A DNA stretch of 64,000 bases from a virus: IMG/VR virus record IMGVR_UViG_3300024981_000009, one strand, 5' to 3'. Of the stretch, positions 42,151 to 58,000 are shown piece after piece (the stretch's first letter is position 1; every line of letters begins with the position of its first letter). The notes beneath the pieces were generated by a model. It was not told where the DNA came from, ran no database searches, and saw only the letters and a list, made by a program, of their open reading frames with translations. The translations under genes were made by a program, and so were the position numbers.

Positions 42151-43077
42151 TTAGGAATTAATTGTTATCTTGGACAACCCTTCAACTAAATCATAGTTTA
42201 CAACATCCTCATTTATATTTTCCTCGTTTAAATCATGTATAAAAAATTCTGTTGAGCATGTTGAAATGTATGATTTTAAATTATTTACATTTAATAAAAA
42301 TTCTTCTTTTAATTCTCTGATAGCACATTCTTTAGGAGTTTCATATAACTTCCTTTTACCATGTGAGACATCAATAAATGTTTCTTTTCCAGGAATTATA
42401 TTTACACCTACGAGTATGTACTCATCTATATATTTTTCACTTTTACTAATTTTCTTTATAATTTGCTTTAAAACATGATTTATGGAGATTTCTTCACTAT
42501 TATGTGGATCATAGATTGATTCTTTGTCTATTAAGGATGAAATAGAAACTGACAACAATGTTTCACACATATCCTGATTTTCATTTTCTATTTTTGAAAA
42601 TGATTTATCTTCTATGTTTAAGATGTTATTTAACCTCCTCATATTAATTATATTTAACAGCTGTTCATTAGTTCCAATAATTATCGTACCACCATGTCCA
42701 CTTTTTGTAAATTCAATTATACACGGACATATGTCAATCTCTTCTTTATTTGTTCTTATAATATCATCAAAATATTTATCTTTAATTAAGAAAAATTTAC
42801 CATAATAATCATCATTGTCTATTGCTTCTTGATATGAACAACCAATTGTGAAAAATCTATAATTGTCAAATTTCATATAAAAATCTTTACAATATGTTTT
42901 TGTAGCAAATGATTTATTGTTGAATGGCACATGAACTCTTGATTTAATGGGAATTTTATCAATAATAGTTACAACAAATTCATCACAAGTTGCGCTAATT
43001 TCATAACCAATATCATTGTTATCATATGACTTAAACAAAAATTTCCTCAAGGATTTTATCTTTAAAAATGTAAACAT
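42151..43077 (-). CDS. Protein with C-terminal NUDIX box
   Basis: GKRKLYETPKECAIRELKEE matches GX5EX7REUXEE. Confidence 0.75.
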   Translation of the reverse strand: MFTFLKIKSLRKFLFKSYDNNDIGYEISATCDEFVVTIIDKIPIKSRVHVPFNNKSFATKTYCKDFYMKFDNYRFFTIGCSYQEAIDNDDYYGKFFLIKDKYFDDIIRTNKEEIDICPCIIEFTKSGHGGTIIIGTNEQLLNIINMRRLNNILNIEDKSFSKIENENQDMCETLLSVSISSLIDKESIYDPHNSEEISINHVLKQIIKKISKSEKYIDEYILVGVNIIPGKETFIDVSHGKRKLYETPKECAIRELKEEFLLNVNNLKSYISTCSTEFFIHDLNEENINEDVVNYDLVEGLSKITINS

Positions 43078-43126
43078 TTATCCTGAAAAAAATTAAAATT
43101 ATTAATTTCATTTTATCTTGGCCATC

Positions 43127-46749
<3,623 letters not shown>

Positions 46750-46812
46750 TTAAAAGAATAAAAATTTTTATGTTATTCAACGATATAAACTTTTATTATT
46801 TTCATATAAACA

Positions 46813-47184
46813 ATGGGTGGAAAATCCTCCATTTTAAAGCATTTTGAAATGGATAGATTCCAAGGTGATTGGCATGTATATTCAATAAAAGATTCCAGAA
46901 TAGATTATGCTGATCATTCATTTGTTAAATGGGAATATTGTGAAGTTGAACAAAAATTTTTATATTGTGTTTGTAATACCGAATTTATAAACATTACAAA
47001 GTTTAAAAGAACCAAGAAGTCAACTGTGCTTGTAGGTGATGATAACTTAAAGATGTGTATATACTGGACAGATTATAATAATTATGCACTTGTAAAACAT
47101 TCAAATGTTTTTAAAATATATTCTAGAAATAAAGACATATCTCTAAATGATTTCCAACGATTATACTCAAAAATAAAGAAATAA
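46813..47184 (+). CDS. Lipocalin-like protein with putative N-myristoylation signal
   Basis: FEMDRFQGDWH (GxW), WTDYNNYALV (TDY) and IYSR motifs; starts MGGKSS. Confidence 0.7.
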   Translation: MGGKSSILKHFEMDRFQGDWHVYSIKDSRIDYADHSFVKWEYCEVEQKFLYCVCNTEFINITKFKRTKKSTVLVGDDNLKMCIYWTDYNNYALVKHSNVFKIYSRNKDISLNDFQRLYSKIKK

Positions 47185-47232
47185 TAATACATTGCATTTT
47201 ACTCACATGTTTAATAAACATGTGTGACATAA

Positions 47233-49182
47233 TTAACTAATATTGATATTCATGTTATCAATTAATTTTTTATTCATTGATGCTTTCATTTCATCAATAT
47301 ATTGTTTATCGAATATATAATTTGGTATATATTCATTATATTTAACGAAACAACCAACAATGCTGTTTACAATCTTGTCTTTTTTCATTATATCAATAAT
47401 ATTACCGCTGTTGAAAATAACAGATGTATATTTGCATTTTCCTACTAATATATGTTTTGGAAGATTACATATTTTATAGTCAAATAATGTACAAAATAAT
47501 AAAAATAACACATTCATATGTAAATTATTTTTCCATTTAATCAAATATGACAATGTGTTTACAGGTGAAATGTGATAATCTATTTCTTTTTTGATATTTT
47601 CATCAATTTCTCTAACGTAAAGAGAATCATAATTTAAAACTGCTTCTGTAATATTTATCACATCCATTTTATCCAATGTCTCACCTCCGGATTTTTCCGA
47701 TCTTTTTGATAAAAAGTGATCTATTTTGTTTATTACCGAAAAATATGTTCCAATATATTCCAATTCCCATGATATTATTGATTTTATATATTTTGTTCTT
47801 ATATGTACCTCCTCATCACTTAATTCTCTCAAGTTAAAAGTATATTTTAGATCTAATTCATATGGATATCTTATTTTGCTACCACATATATCATTGTACC
47901 ACATTGAAATTTTGTCAGTGTTTATTGCATATTGTAAATACTCACTCTTCTTAAAAATTTCCGAATGTTTATTTTCAATCCGTGCTAACACACTTAAAAT
48001 ATTGGGATTTAAAAAATTATAATCTATTTCTTTCAACATAGCATTTATATTTTTTAAATTGATCTCGTGTAAATGAGGATGTGGATAATAAAGCGTCAAA
48101 ATATTAGTGAAACAAATAATGGCATTTGTTAGCACATCTAGATTATCAATATATTTTTCATTCTTCCATAATCTTGTGAACAATTCTAGTGCCAATACAA
48201 AAGATTGGTAATCATTTTTAAAATTCCAAAAGTAATAATATGCTGTTATAAACTTTCTGTCATTGTATTCGCTGAAGATATTGTTATGTAGATTTAAACT
48301 ATTTTCTTCTCCTGGACATTTGAGATATATACCATAACAAAAACTTCTCTCCACATGATCTATCATCAATAATTTTTCTATTTTCTTTAAACTGATACTA
48401 TCAATACAGTCATAAACTAATGTTTCAACCATATCTTTAACAGATAAATGTCCATCATGAATGCTATCCATTATTCTCATCAAAATATATTTTCTTGACC
48501 ATTCATCTTCGTTCTTAACATCCTCTTCATCATATTTTTCTCCCTTCATTTGAGCTTCATATTTTCTCATCTTATCTTCGTTAATATACTTGGCAAAATT
48601 GGGATCGGTAAGTCCTAATGCTTTTCTGTTCAACCCCTCAATAACTACGATACCAACTGACCAGTAATCATATTTTAAAAATACATTCCTATCTGTTATT
48701 TTCCTACTTAACACTTCAGGTGGTGCATATCTATATACTCCTCTACATTCAGGATGTGCTGTATGTACCAGTGTGGATAAACCAAAATCACACAATTTAA
48801 ATATTAATCTATCAGATTTTCTATCAACCAAAATATTATCTGGTCTTATATCAAAATGAACAATGTTATACTTCTGAAGTGAATCGATGGCAGAATTCAT
48901 TTGAAATAAAAATTCTGGTATCATATCAACAAAATCAAAAGGAGATACAAGTGTAAATATTTCAGATAAACTATTCTCCATCTTCTCCATTTGAAAAGAA
49001 CTAATATCATCTTCTACATCATGTATCTTAACAATATTTTTTTCGTTCTTTAACAATTTAAGAATACCTACTTCCCAATAATTAAGTGACACATTATTAT
49101 CCTTATGAAATACTTTCTTCACAAGTTTATCTGAAACATCAAATACTTTACCATAGGCACCGGGAGTATATTTATCATCCAT
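47233..49182 (-). CDS. Ser/Thr protein kinase with cyclin-like C-terminal region
   Basis: GAYGKV, HFDIRPDNIL, DFG, YAPPE and DYWSVG. Cyclin-box-like segments in the C-terminal half. Confidence 0.88.
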   Translation of the reverse strand: MDDKYTPGAYGKVFDVSDKLVKKVFHKDNNVSLNYWEVGILKLLKNEKNIVKIHDVEDDISSFQMEKMENSLSEIFTLVSPFDFVDMIPEFLFQMNSAIDSLQKYNIVHFDIRPDNILVDRKSDRLIFKLCDFGLSTLVHTAHPECRGVYRYAPPEVLSRKITDRNVFLKYDYWSVGIVVIEGLNRKALGLTDPNFAKYINEDKMRKYEAQMKGEKYDEEDVKNEDEWSRKYILMRIMDSIHDGHLSVKDMVETLVYDCIDSISLKKIEKLLMIDHVERSFCYGIYLKCPGEENSLNLHNNIFSEYNDRKFITAYYYFWNFKNDYQSFVLALELFTRLWKNEKYIDNLDVLTNAIICFTNILTLYYPHPHLHEINLKNINAMLKEIDYNFLNPNILSVLARIENKHSEIFKKSEYLQYAINTDKISMWYNDICGSKIRYPYELDLKYTFNLRELSDEEVHIRTKYIKSIISWELEYIGTYFSVINKIDHFLSKRSEKSGGETLDKMDVINITEAVLNYDSLYVREIDENIKKEIDYHISPVNTLSYLIKWKNNLHMNVLFLLFCTLFDYKICNLPKHILVGKCKYTSVIFNSGNIIDIMKKDKIVNSIVGCFVKYNEYIPNYIFDKQYIDEMKASMNKKLIDNMNINIS

Positions 49183-49219
49183 ATTTACAATATTTTATTT
49201 TCCATTAAAACGAAAAATT

Positions 49220-51055
49220 TTACAATTTTTCTCTAATTTTGTTCATCATATTCTTATATGATGTTTTGTTAGACCATCTTGTATTTCTCAATTTCATTAA
49301 ACATATGTATAGATCTGAATGTTCTACAGATAATCTTCTGATTTTTTCGTCAGTTGAAAGGTGAACACATATTTGTACAAATTTTTTATCAACTATTTTA
49401 ACATACTGAGAATTGTACTGACTTGATAACAACAAATATAATGCTACAGGGTTATGTGTGTCTAGATAATCCATATATGTTATTGGCGACACATATCCAT
49501 CTGTTAAATTTATTACTTTTTCACAAAGTGCAACATTTGAATTTTCTAAAATTCTACCTTTTCTGTAACCAATGCATATTTTCTTAATCACATTATAAAG
49601 ATAATCTTTTCTGTACTTAATTCCTTTCGATACTATTACATTTAAATACTTACACATTCTGAATATGTCAACGGGTTCGTTGTCATAATCATTGAGTATT
49701 AAATTAACAATATCTTCTCTATATTTCACCATATCATCTTTAATTACATAATTCTTATTCTTGTCATTGTTCACGATATTACTATTTTTCAATGGAATTG
49801 TAAACCATGTATTTAAATCATCAGTGGGAACTGGACATATGTTAAAATCATGTATTCTACTATAAACATTTAAAAGACTTGGATTTAATATATTATGCTT
49901 TATAACTTCCAATATCTCATGTGAATTTTTAATATCTCTGATCTTTGTATCATCTTTAAATGTGAGAAGGGCTAACAACTTTACATCTTCAATAATATTC
50001 CACACTTCAAAAGGTGTTTTCTTATTTCCAGACATATTCATATACCTGCATACTATGTCAAAAGCTATAATTGAAAAATATTTGTTATGTTCGGATGTTA
50101 TATTATCAATGAATTTCATATTATATAAATACCACCATGTTGATACTCCCAAATCAGTTTTTGCAAAATTATAATTATTTCTCCCTACAACACCCAAATT
50201 AATTTTTCTATATCCATTTTCAACTGGAAGATGTCTATCTCTATAATTCAATTGTAACATGAGTTTTAATTTATTTGCTAGAGAACTATCTATGTCCATT
50301 GCACCAATTAACGAATTTATTTTAAGATGTCCCTTTATGCTTCCGTCCATGATCATTTCTTCAAATCTGAATATAGATGTGTTCACATTGGAAATAGAAT
50401 TATTGAAAATCCATTTTACACAATTACTTTCATGTATATCTTTATGCAATTTATTTCCTGAAATATACCTACATATTGTTATTCCCAATGACCACATGTC
50501 TACTTTTGTTGAGCTATCATATGTTCTTTCATCATCTAACAATATTTCAGGTGCCATGTATTTGAAAGTACCACCTTCTTTCCCTATAATGAAACTATAA
50601 GACGTTGTTGACAATCCAAAATCGCAAAGTTTGTACTTATATGGTAAACCAGATACTAATATATTTTGTAATTTTACATCCATATGAACGAAACCCAATT
50701 CTGTCATTTTTTGAATAGCAGAGCCAATCTGTTCCAATATTACGGGTGCCTGTTCTATTCTTTTTTTCCTGGGTAGCCTATTAATTATGTCAGATAAACT
50801 AATGTCACAATATTCAAGTAATAAATAATCCTTTCCCGATTTGTGCCAATAACTTTGCAGAGAAACAACTTCAGATTCCTTCCTTAACAATTGCAATATA
50901 TTAATTTCATTCAACGTCTCGGTACTATAAAAATTATTATTTATCTTTGTCTCCTTAAGAGCATATTTATTGCCTTTATATGTGCATAAATAAACCTTAC
51001 CGTGCAACCCTGATCCCAATTCGGAGATTTTTGATAAATTACTAATTGTATTCAT
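49220..51055 (-). CDS. Ser/Thr protein kinase with cyclin-like C-terminal region
   Basis: GSGLHGKV, ALKE, HMDVKLQNIL, DFG, YMAPE and DMWSLG. EKVINLTDGYVSPITYMDYL resembles the end of a cyclin box. Confidence 0.9.
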   Translation of the reverse strand: MNTISNLSKISELGSGLHGKVYLCTYKGNKYALKETKINNNFYSTETLNEINILQLLRKESEVVSLQSYWHKSGKDYLLLEYCDISLSDIINRLPRKKRIEQAPVILEQIGSAIQKMTELGFVHMDVKLQNILVSGLPYKYKLCDFGLSTTSYSFIIGKEGGTFKYMAPEILLDDERTYDSSTKVDMWSLGITICRYISGNKLHKDIHESNCVKWIFNNSISNVNTSIFRFEEMIMDGSIKGHLKINSLIGAMDIDSSLANKLKLMLQLNYRDRHLPVENGYRKINLGVVGRNNYNFAKTDLGVSTWWYLYNMKFIDNITSEHNKYFSIIAFDIVCRYMNMSGNKKTPFEVWNIIEDVKLLALLTFKDDTKIRDIKNSHEILEVIKHNILNPSLLNVYSRIHDFNICPVPTDDLNTWFTIPLKNSNIVNNDKNKNYVIKDDMVKYREDIVNLILNDYDNEPVDIFRMCKYLNVIVSKGIKYRKDYLYNVIKKICIGYRKGRILENSNVALCEKVINLTDGYVSPITYMDYLDTHNPVALYLLLSSQYNSQYVKIVDKKFVQICVHLSTDEKIRRLSVEHSDLYICLMKLRNTRWSNKTSYKNMMNKIREKL

Positions 51056-51075
51056 TTTTTTATTACAGAATAAAA

Positions 51076-52104
51076 ATGGATAAAAATGAAACTAATAATA
51101 ATATTGTGGATATTAATTCAGATGTTAATGTTACAGATAAGAAGGTGAGTAACAATAAAGTAATAACAGAAATTAATGACAAATTTAATCCAATTCCCTT
51201 TTTAGCAGTTGCATTTTTGTTTCTCATTATTTCTGTCACTGCTTTAGTCTATGTCATTTATAATTTGAATAATTTACCAACTGTTACTGAAACATACCAT
51301 ATAAATCCAGAAGATATTCCATGTGATGAATCAGATGTTTTAGATGCATATATATTTGATTTTCCAAGTAAGCCTAACTGTCCACCTTGGACAAATAATT
51401 TTCTGGTAGATAATGATTATCTTTTATATGAAAAACAGTTAAATGATGATGGTTGTTGTGGTTATAATAATAGTCCTCAAGGTAGATATCAATATGAATA
51501 TCCATGGATATGTGTTGGAAATAGCACCGGTTATAAATACACTATAAGCGAATTGAATCAAAAGCCATATTTGACAAATGGTTCATCCGTTACTTACATT
51601 ACACCACAATGTGCTTCTGGGGCCAATACTGATGGATGTATTTCACTGATAAGAGCGAGTGGTGCAAATTCAACCGTGTATAAAATTCTAAATTTGGTAA
51701 ATGTGGAAAGCAGAGGAACTACATTATTGGTAAGCGAATCAGATAAATGCAGATGTGATTATACGTCTAATTTAAGCGATCCATACAGAAATTTACAACT
51801 TGACAATTTAAGGAGAATATCTGGTGTCAGAAACATGAATGATTTAATAGAGCAGATTGTGGGACTTGATTTTTATTTAAGTGTACAGTGTCAAATGATT
51901 AATGAGGTATATTATTATGGTAAACTTATAGGGGAAAGGGTAAATGGTAGATTTGAATTTGTTGAAGGTGATCCTATACCAATATTTATTCCACCTTTAG
52001 CATATGTCATTGTTGATATATTTGAGAGAGGTGGATTTACACCAATTGCTGGAGCTAATCCACCTGCTTCTGAATTGGCAGCACAAAATGTTTTCAGAAG
52101 TTAA
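51076..52104 (+). CDS. Single-TM membrane protein with Cys-rich ectodomain
   Basis: Hydrophobic FLAVAFLFLIISVTALVYVIY followed by a region with about 10 Cys. Start moved to the ATG at 51076. Confidence 0.75.
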   Translation: MDKNETNNNIVDINSDVNVTDKKVSNNKVITEINDKFNPIPFLAVAFLFLIISVTALVYVIYNLNNLPTVTETYHINPEDIPCDESDVLDAYIFDFPSKPNCPPWTNNFLVDNDYLLYEKQLNDDGCCGYNNSPQGRYQYEYPWICVGNSTGYKYTISELNQKPYLTNGSSVTYITPQCASGANTDGCISLIRASGANSTVYKILNLVNVESRGTTLLVSESDKCRCDYTSNLSDPYRNLQLDNLRRISGVRNMNDLIEQIVGLDFYLSVQCQMINEVYYYGKLIGERVNGRFEFVEGDPIPIFIPPLAYVIVDIFERGGFTPIAGANPPASELAAQNVFRS

Positions 52105-52147
52105 ATTTTAGATTTTTCACTAAAAAAAATATACATTTTAAAGGAGA

Positions 52148-52387
52148 ATGTGCTTCGGTAATAACGAATTTAATTTTAACGGATTTAGTGAATTTAATAA
52201 TTTTAACGCAGGTGGATTTAATAATCCTGGATTTAGTGGTAATAATTTCTCTGGAAGATATTCATCTAATGCATGTCCACTTACATTTAATATAGGTAAC
52301 AGTTTCTACGGTACTGATGGCTCATTTAGTGGATTTGGAAGACCCCTTCGTGGAATACAATGCAGGTGTAGATGCAGAAGATTTTAA
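52148..52387 (+). CDS. Small Phe/Asn/Gly-rich protein with basic Cys tail
   Basis: FN/GF low-complexity body; ends CRCRCRRF. Confidence 0.55.
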   Translation: MCFGNNEFNFNGFSEFNNFNAGGFNNPGFSGNNFSGRYSSNACPLTFNIGNSFYGTDGSFSGFGRPLRGIQCRCRCRRF

Positions 52388-52563
52388 AATATTTTCAATA
52401 TGTATATATGAACATTGTTTGTATATTGTCCAAAATAATTGATTTTTCATATTTTATTGTGCATGATACAATTTACATTTTACTAGCATCAATTAAAAAC
52501 ATGTTGTATTATTTGGTCAATTTATATATTTTGGAAATAAGGTCAAAATTCATTAAAATATAA

Positions 52564-54603
52564 TTATTTCATTATGTTATATACAGAATAGACACATTGG
52601 TATATGTTCAGATACATCTTCATAGTAGATTCTGAATATACATCAATTTTATTAGTACTAATATTATTATCACGTGAATCATGTAATTCACTTAACAATC
52701 TGTTAATTACATCCTCTTCGCTGTTTTCATCTTTCTCCGATAGATTTTTAACACATAATCTATTTACAGGTTCTACATCTGACAAATCAATCAAATCTTT
52801 TTCATAATCATTATTACTGATACTATTATCTGAATCCATTAAATTATCAAATTTGTGAATGTTGGATGAACCGCTTGAACAGTTTAGATAGTCTAAATTA
52901 CATAAAGTGTCATGAGATGGAATATTATCAAATCTTGATTTTCTTGATAAACTGTTATTCAATGACATTCTTAATAAATTAGTGAAAAATGGATCATCTT
53001 TTTTGGTCTCTAGGAGTTCATACTTGTGATTCATTGCTTCTTTTACTGCTTCATCTTCTGGTTCATACACAATTTTACTCTTACCTTTACCGTTGTTCTT
53101 GAATACACCCATTGATAATTTACCCTTTAAAATATTGATTTCTCGCATGATCATCTCTTTCCACTCATCAATATATTGTCTTGATGAAGCTTTAATTACA
53201 TCTTTTGCTTTTTCCATGATTTTGTCAGAGTGTGTGGTCCATTCAGCGTATGAGACTTGAGGATTTTCCAGAGTGTATTGGAGCATATGAACCTCGAATT
53301 TGTTAGGATTAACCCTCAAAGGAATTTCGTTATCATGGATTATCACATCCTTATCTTTTTTCTTTGTTGCTTTCTTGTTTGGACTTCCACGGGGTCTGCC
53401 TTTTGGTTTCTTGTTTAACCTTATTTGTTCTTTTTCTTCCGCGGTTTTGTTTTTAGCACCAACGGGTCTACCTACTTTCTTAACTGGTTTGGATGATGGT
53501 AATACATCAATATATGGAAGAATACATGGTAATACAGTTGTGTTAGATGATAATGGTTTTGATTTTGATTCTAAATGTAATTTAATGTTCTCTTTAATTG
53601 TTTCTACAAATGTGCCATTATCAAGTTTGACACTATTATTAATTAAAATAGATGAAGGTGCAGGTGATAGTGTTTTGATTGTAGATGTAATAATTGGTGA
53701 ATTAACATTATATATAACACTTTTCATTGATGTTGCTCTTGATCTGGCTAAGAATACATCCATTCTTTCAACAATTGGATCCGGCTTTGATAATTTCTTA
53801 AGCATTGTTTTAGACATTTGTTTGGGTGGTGGTATATATGCTGTAGCTTCTGGAATATATTCGGGGACATGTTTTGTGCTATACGAATTACCAATTACAT
53901 TATTTTTACATGGTTCCGTTGTAATGGTTGTTGTAGTGGTAATAGTTGGTATAACGTCATCCTTCTTAAGTAGATCAATATAATAACATTTATTATCACA
54001 TTTATCATTGTCCAACATATTAACGATATTAATACCTACATTAATATCAACATTACTGGTGTTGATATTTTCATTAATTGTATTGGCTGTCTCAGGAATA
54101 GCTGTAATAGTAAAGATTCTTTGTTCTCTGAGAGCAGCCCTATATGTGTCTGAGAAGGAATAATTCTTGAGAGAATTTGGTTTTCTCCCAAGTCTTGTTC
54201 CTTCAAAGGTTATGTTGTCGGGGATAACATATCCCCCAATACTAAACTCAGGGTTTGGTGGAGCCTCAAACCCTGTAATAATATTTTTAACTGAAGACTT
54301 GAGAGTATCCAGTTTTCCTTGATTTATGGGGGAAGGTTTCTTTGATTTCCTTCCCCTCTTAACAACTGTTGGGGCATGAAGGATTTCCCATAACTTGACA
54401 ATGTTGTGAACCGTTGTCAAGTTATGAAATTCGATCTCCTCCATCCATCTATCTTCATCGGTGATCTTTTTGTTTAACTCCCGATTGTATTCATCGTCGA
54501 TGAATTTACATACACTGGGAGTTAAACTGTCAACCTCGCTTGTAACAACATATTTGTTGATTCTCTCTAACAAATCACTTTGGGATCTAAATCTTTCACT
54601 CAT
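52564..54603 (-). CDS. AT-hook-motif protein, paralog of 6278-9532
   Basis: KRGRK, LGRKP, KKVGRP and KPKGRPRG motifs, with N-terminal and central blocks shared with the paralog. Confidence 0.85.
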   Translation of the reverse strand: MSERFRSQSDLLERINKYVVTSEVDSLTPSVCKFIDDEYNRELNKKITDEDRWMEEIEFHNLTTVHNIVKLWEILHAPTVVKRGRKSKKPSPINQGKLDTLKSSVKNIITGFEAPPNPEFSIGGYVIPDNITFEGTRLGRKPNSLKNYSFSDTYRAALREQRIFTITAIPETANTINENINTSNVDINVGINIVNMLDNDKCDNKCYYIDLLKKDDVIPTITTTTTITTEPCKNNVIGNSYSTKHVPEYIPEATAYIPPPKQMSKTMLKKLSKPDPIVERMDVFLARSRATSMKSVIYNVNSPIITSTIKTLSPAPSSILINNSVKLDNGTFVETIKENIKLHLESKSKPLSSNTTVLPCILPYIDVLPSSKPVKKVGRPVGAKNKTAEEKEQIRLNKKPKGRPRGSPNKKATKKKDKDVIIHDNEIPLRVNPNKFEVHMLQYTLENPQVSYAEWTTHSDKIMEKAKDVIKASSRQYIDEWKEMIMREINILKGKLSMGVFKNNGKGKSKIVYEPEDEAVKEAMNHKYELLETKKDDPFFTNLLRMSLNNSLSRKSRFDNIPSHDTLCNLDYLNCSSGSSNIHKFDNLMDSDNSISNNDYEKDLIDLSDVEPVNRLCVKNLSEKDENSEEDVINRLLSELHDSRDNNISTNKIDVYSESTMKMYLNIYQCVYSVYNIMK

Positions 54604-54655
54604 TGCGATTTGAAGTTTTATATGAATTTCAAGATTTAAGAAAAAAATTTTTTCT

Positions 54656-54663
54656 TCAATTTT
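54656..54663 (-). promoter_or_regulatory. AAAATTGA early promoter-like motif
   Basis: TCAATTTT on the + strand, ~53 bp upstream of the minus-strand ATG at 54603. Confidence 0.4.
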
Positions 54664-55084
54664 TTTTAATATTAATTTTCGTGAAAAATTTGATGATGAC
54701 AGGTTGGTACTGTGTTAGAATTTATTGATGGTTGATTACTATGTGATGTTGCTGGTGAGTGTAGGATATATAATACTTTCATTGAAAATGTTAATGATGT
54801 CATGATGAGAATATGTAAATGATATATGAAAAATAAATGAATTTGTTTGAATGAAATGTTACCAATTTACATTAAATTATTTTCGATTGAAATGTTTAAT
54901 ATACTTAGAATTGTGTGTATGTAATTTTTGGTTAATAGGTGTATATAATATACACTGATGAAATATAACTAAAATTAATTTTGGTAGTATTAAAACAATG
55001 TGTCTATTTAGTACTACTACAAAATTTATGAAGATTTGTGTTAAATTAATGTTGGAATTCATTTGAAAATTTATTTTCATAAAT

Positions 55085-58000
55085 GAAAACTAGCAGTGTT
55101 GTATAGGAACAGTCTAGCTAATATTTAATCAAAAATATTCTGATTATTTTTATTATATATATTTAATTATTTTCATTTGCGCGAGCGCAAATGAAAATGA
55201 GATGTTGCGAATTTCGCGTCGTGAAATTTTTGCAACATCGTATTTTCTTATATTAATAAATAAAATAATTATTAAATGTATTAAAATAAAGATAGACAGT
55301 ATTAATGCGATATAACTAAATCTCATTTTAAAATATATAGTTTTTGATAGCTCTTAATAATTGTTGATAATGCTTCTCTTTAGAGAAGCATTATCAACCT
55401 ATTGTATACTTATCAAGATTTATATATTTTTCAATGAAATTTAGTTATATCATATTAATACTGTCTATATATTTATTCATCCAATTAATATAATTTTTAG
55501 TTACTTTTTGATATTCTTTGGTAGATTTTCTAGTTAAAGGAAATCTATTAATTCAGTTTACATCTTTTAAAATTTTATATGTCTGAAATTTTAGACTATC
55601 AATATTGTATAGGAACAGTCTAGCTAATAATTATTTAAAAATATTCCTATTATATTTGTTATATATATTTAATTATTTTTATTATTAAATAAATAAAATA
55701 TTAATAAATAATACAATAATATAGATAGACAGTGTTAATACTATGTAACTAGTATTCATTTTAAAATATATATTTTTTTGATAGCCTTTAATGATTGTTG
55801 ATAATGCTTCTCTTTAGAGAAGCATTATCAACCTATTGTATACTTATCAAGATTTATATATTTTCAATGAGTTTTAGTTGTATCACATTAATATTGTCTA
55901 TGTATTTATTCATCCGATTAATGTAATTTTTAGTTTCTCTTTGATATCCTCCGGCTGATTTCCTCGTCAGAGGAAATCCATTAAGTAAGTCTACATCTTT
56001 TAAATTATTATACGTCTGAAATTTTAGACTATCAACATTGTATAGGAACAGTCTAGCTAGTATTTATTTGAAAATATTCCTATTATATTTTTTATATATA
56101 TTAATTTATTTTTATTATTAAATAAATAAAATATTAATAAATAATAAAATAATAAGGATAGACAGTATTAATATTATGTAATTAGTATTCATTTTAAAAT
56201 ATATGAATTTTTGATAGTTCTTAATGGTTGTTGATAATGCTTCTCTAAGGAGAAGCATTATCAACCCATTGTATATTTATCAAGATTTATATATTTTTCA
56301 ATGAGATTTAGTTATATCATATTAACGCCGTCTATGTATTTATTCATCCAATTAATTTGATTTCCAATTACTTTTCAATACATTTTGATAGATTTCCTCT
56401 AACGAGGAAATATATTAAATCAATCTACATCTTTTAAATTTTTATACGTCTGAAATTTTAGACTAGCGACACTGTATAGGAACAGTCTAGCTAGTATTTA
56501 TTTAAAAATATTCCTATTATATTTGTATTATATATTAATTTATTTTTATTATTAAATAAATAAAATATTAATAAATAATACAATAATAAAGATAGACAGT
56601 GTTAATACTGTGTAACTGATATTCATTTTAAAATATATAATTTTTTGATAGCTCTTAATAATTGTTGATAATGCTTCTCTAAAGAGAAGCATTATCAATC
56701 CATTATATACTTATCAAGATTTATATATTTTTCAATGAGATTTAGTTATATCACATTAATATTGTCTATGTATTTATCCGCCCAATTAATGTAATTTTTA
56801 ATAACTTTATGATATCATTTGATGGATTTCCTTTTCAGAGGAAATCTATTAATTCAGTCTACATCTTTTAAAATTTTATATGTCTGAATTTTTAGACTAG
56901 CGACATTGTATAGGAACAGTCTAGCTAATATTTATTTTAAAATATTCCTATTATATTTGTCATATATATTTAATTATTTTTATTATTAAATAAATAAAAT
57001 ATTAATAAATAATACAATAATAAGGATAGACAATGTTAATACTATGTAACTAGTATTCATTTAAAAATATATAATTTTTGATAGCCTTTAATGATTGTTG
57101 ATAATGCTTCTCTTTAGAGAAGCATTATCAACCTATTGTATACTTATCAAGATTTATATATTTTCAATGAAATTTAGTTGTATCATATTAATACCGTCTA
57201 TATATTTATTCAGTTAATTAATATAATTTTCGATAGCTTTTTAATATTCTTTGGTAGATTTCCTTGTTAAAGGAAATATATTAATTCGGTTTACATCTTT
57301 TAAATTTTTATATGTTTGAATTTTTAGACTAGCGACACTGTATAGGAACAGTCTAGCTAGTATTTATTTAAAAATATTCCTATTATATTTATTATATATA
57401 TTAATTTATTTTTATTATTAAATAAATAAAATATTAATAAATAATACAATAATAAAGATAGACAGTGTTAATACTGTGTAACTGATATTCATTTTAAAAT
57501 ATATAATTTTTGATAGCTCTTAATGATTGTTGATAATGCTTCTCTGAAGAGAAGCATTATCAACCCATTATATACTTATCAAGATTTATATATTTTTAAT
57601 GAGATTTAGTTATATCACATTAATACTATCTATGTATTTATTCGTCCAATTAATGTAATTTTTAATAGCTTTATGATATCCTCCGGCTGATTTCCTCGTC
57701 AGAGGAAATCCATTAATTAAGTCTACATCTTTTAAATTATTATACGTCTGAAATTTTAGACTAGCAACACTGTATAGGAACAGTCTAGCTAGTATTTATT
57801 TGAAAATATTCCTATTATATTTATTATATATATTAATTTATTTTTATTATTAAATAAATAAAATATTAATAAATAATACAATGATAAAGATAGACAGTGT
57901 TAATACTATGTAACTAGTATTCATTTTAAAATATATAATTTTTTGATAGTTCTTAATAACTGTTAATAATGCTTCTCTAAAGAGAAGCATTATCAACTCA

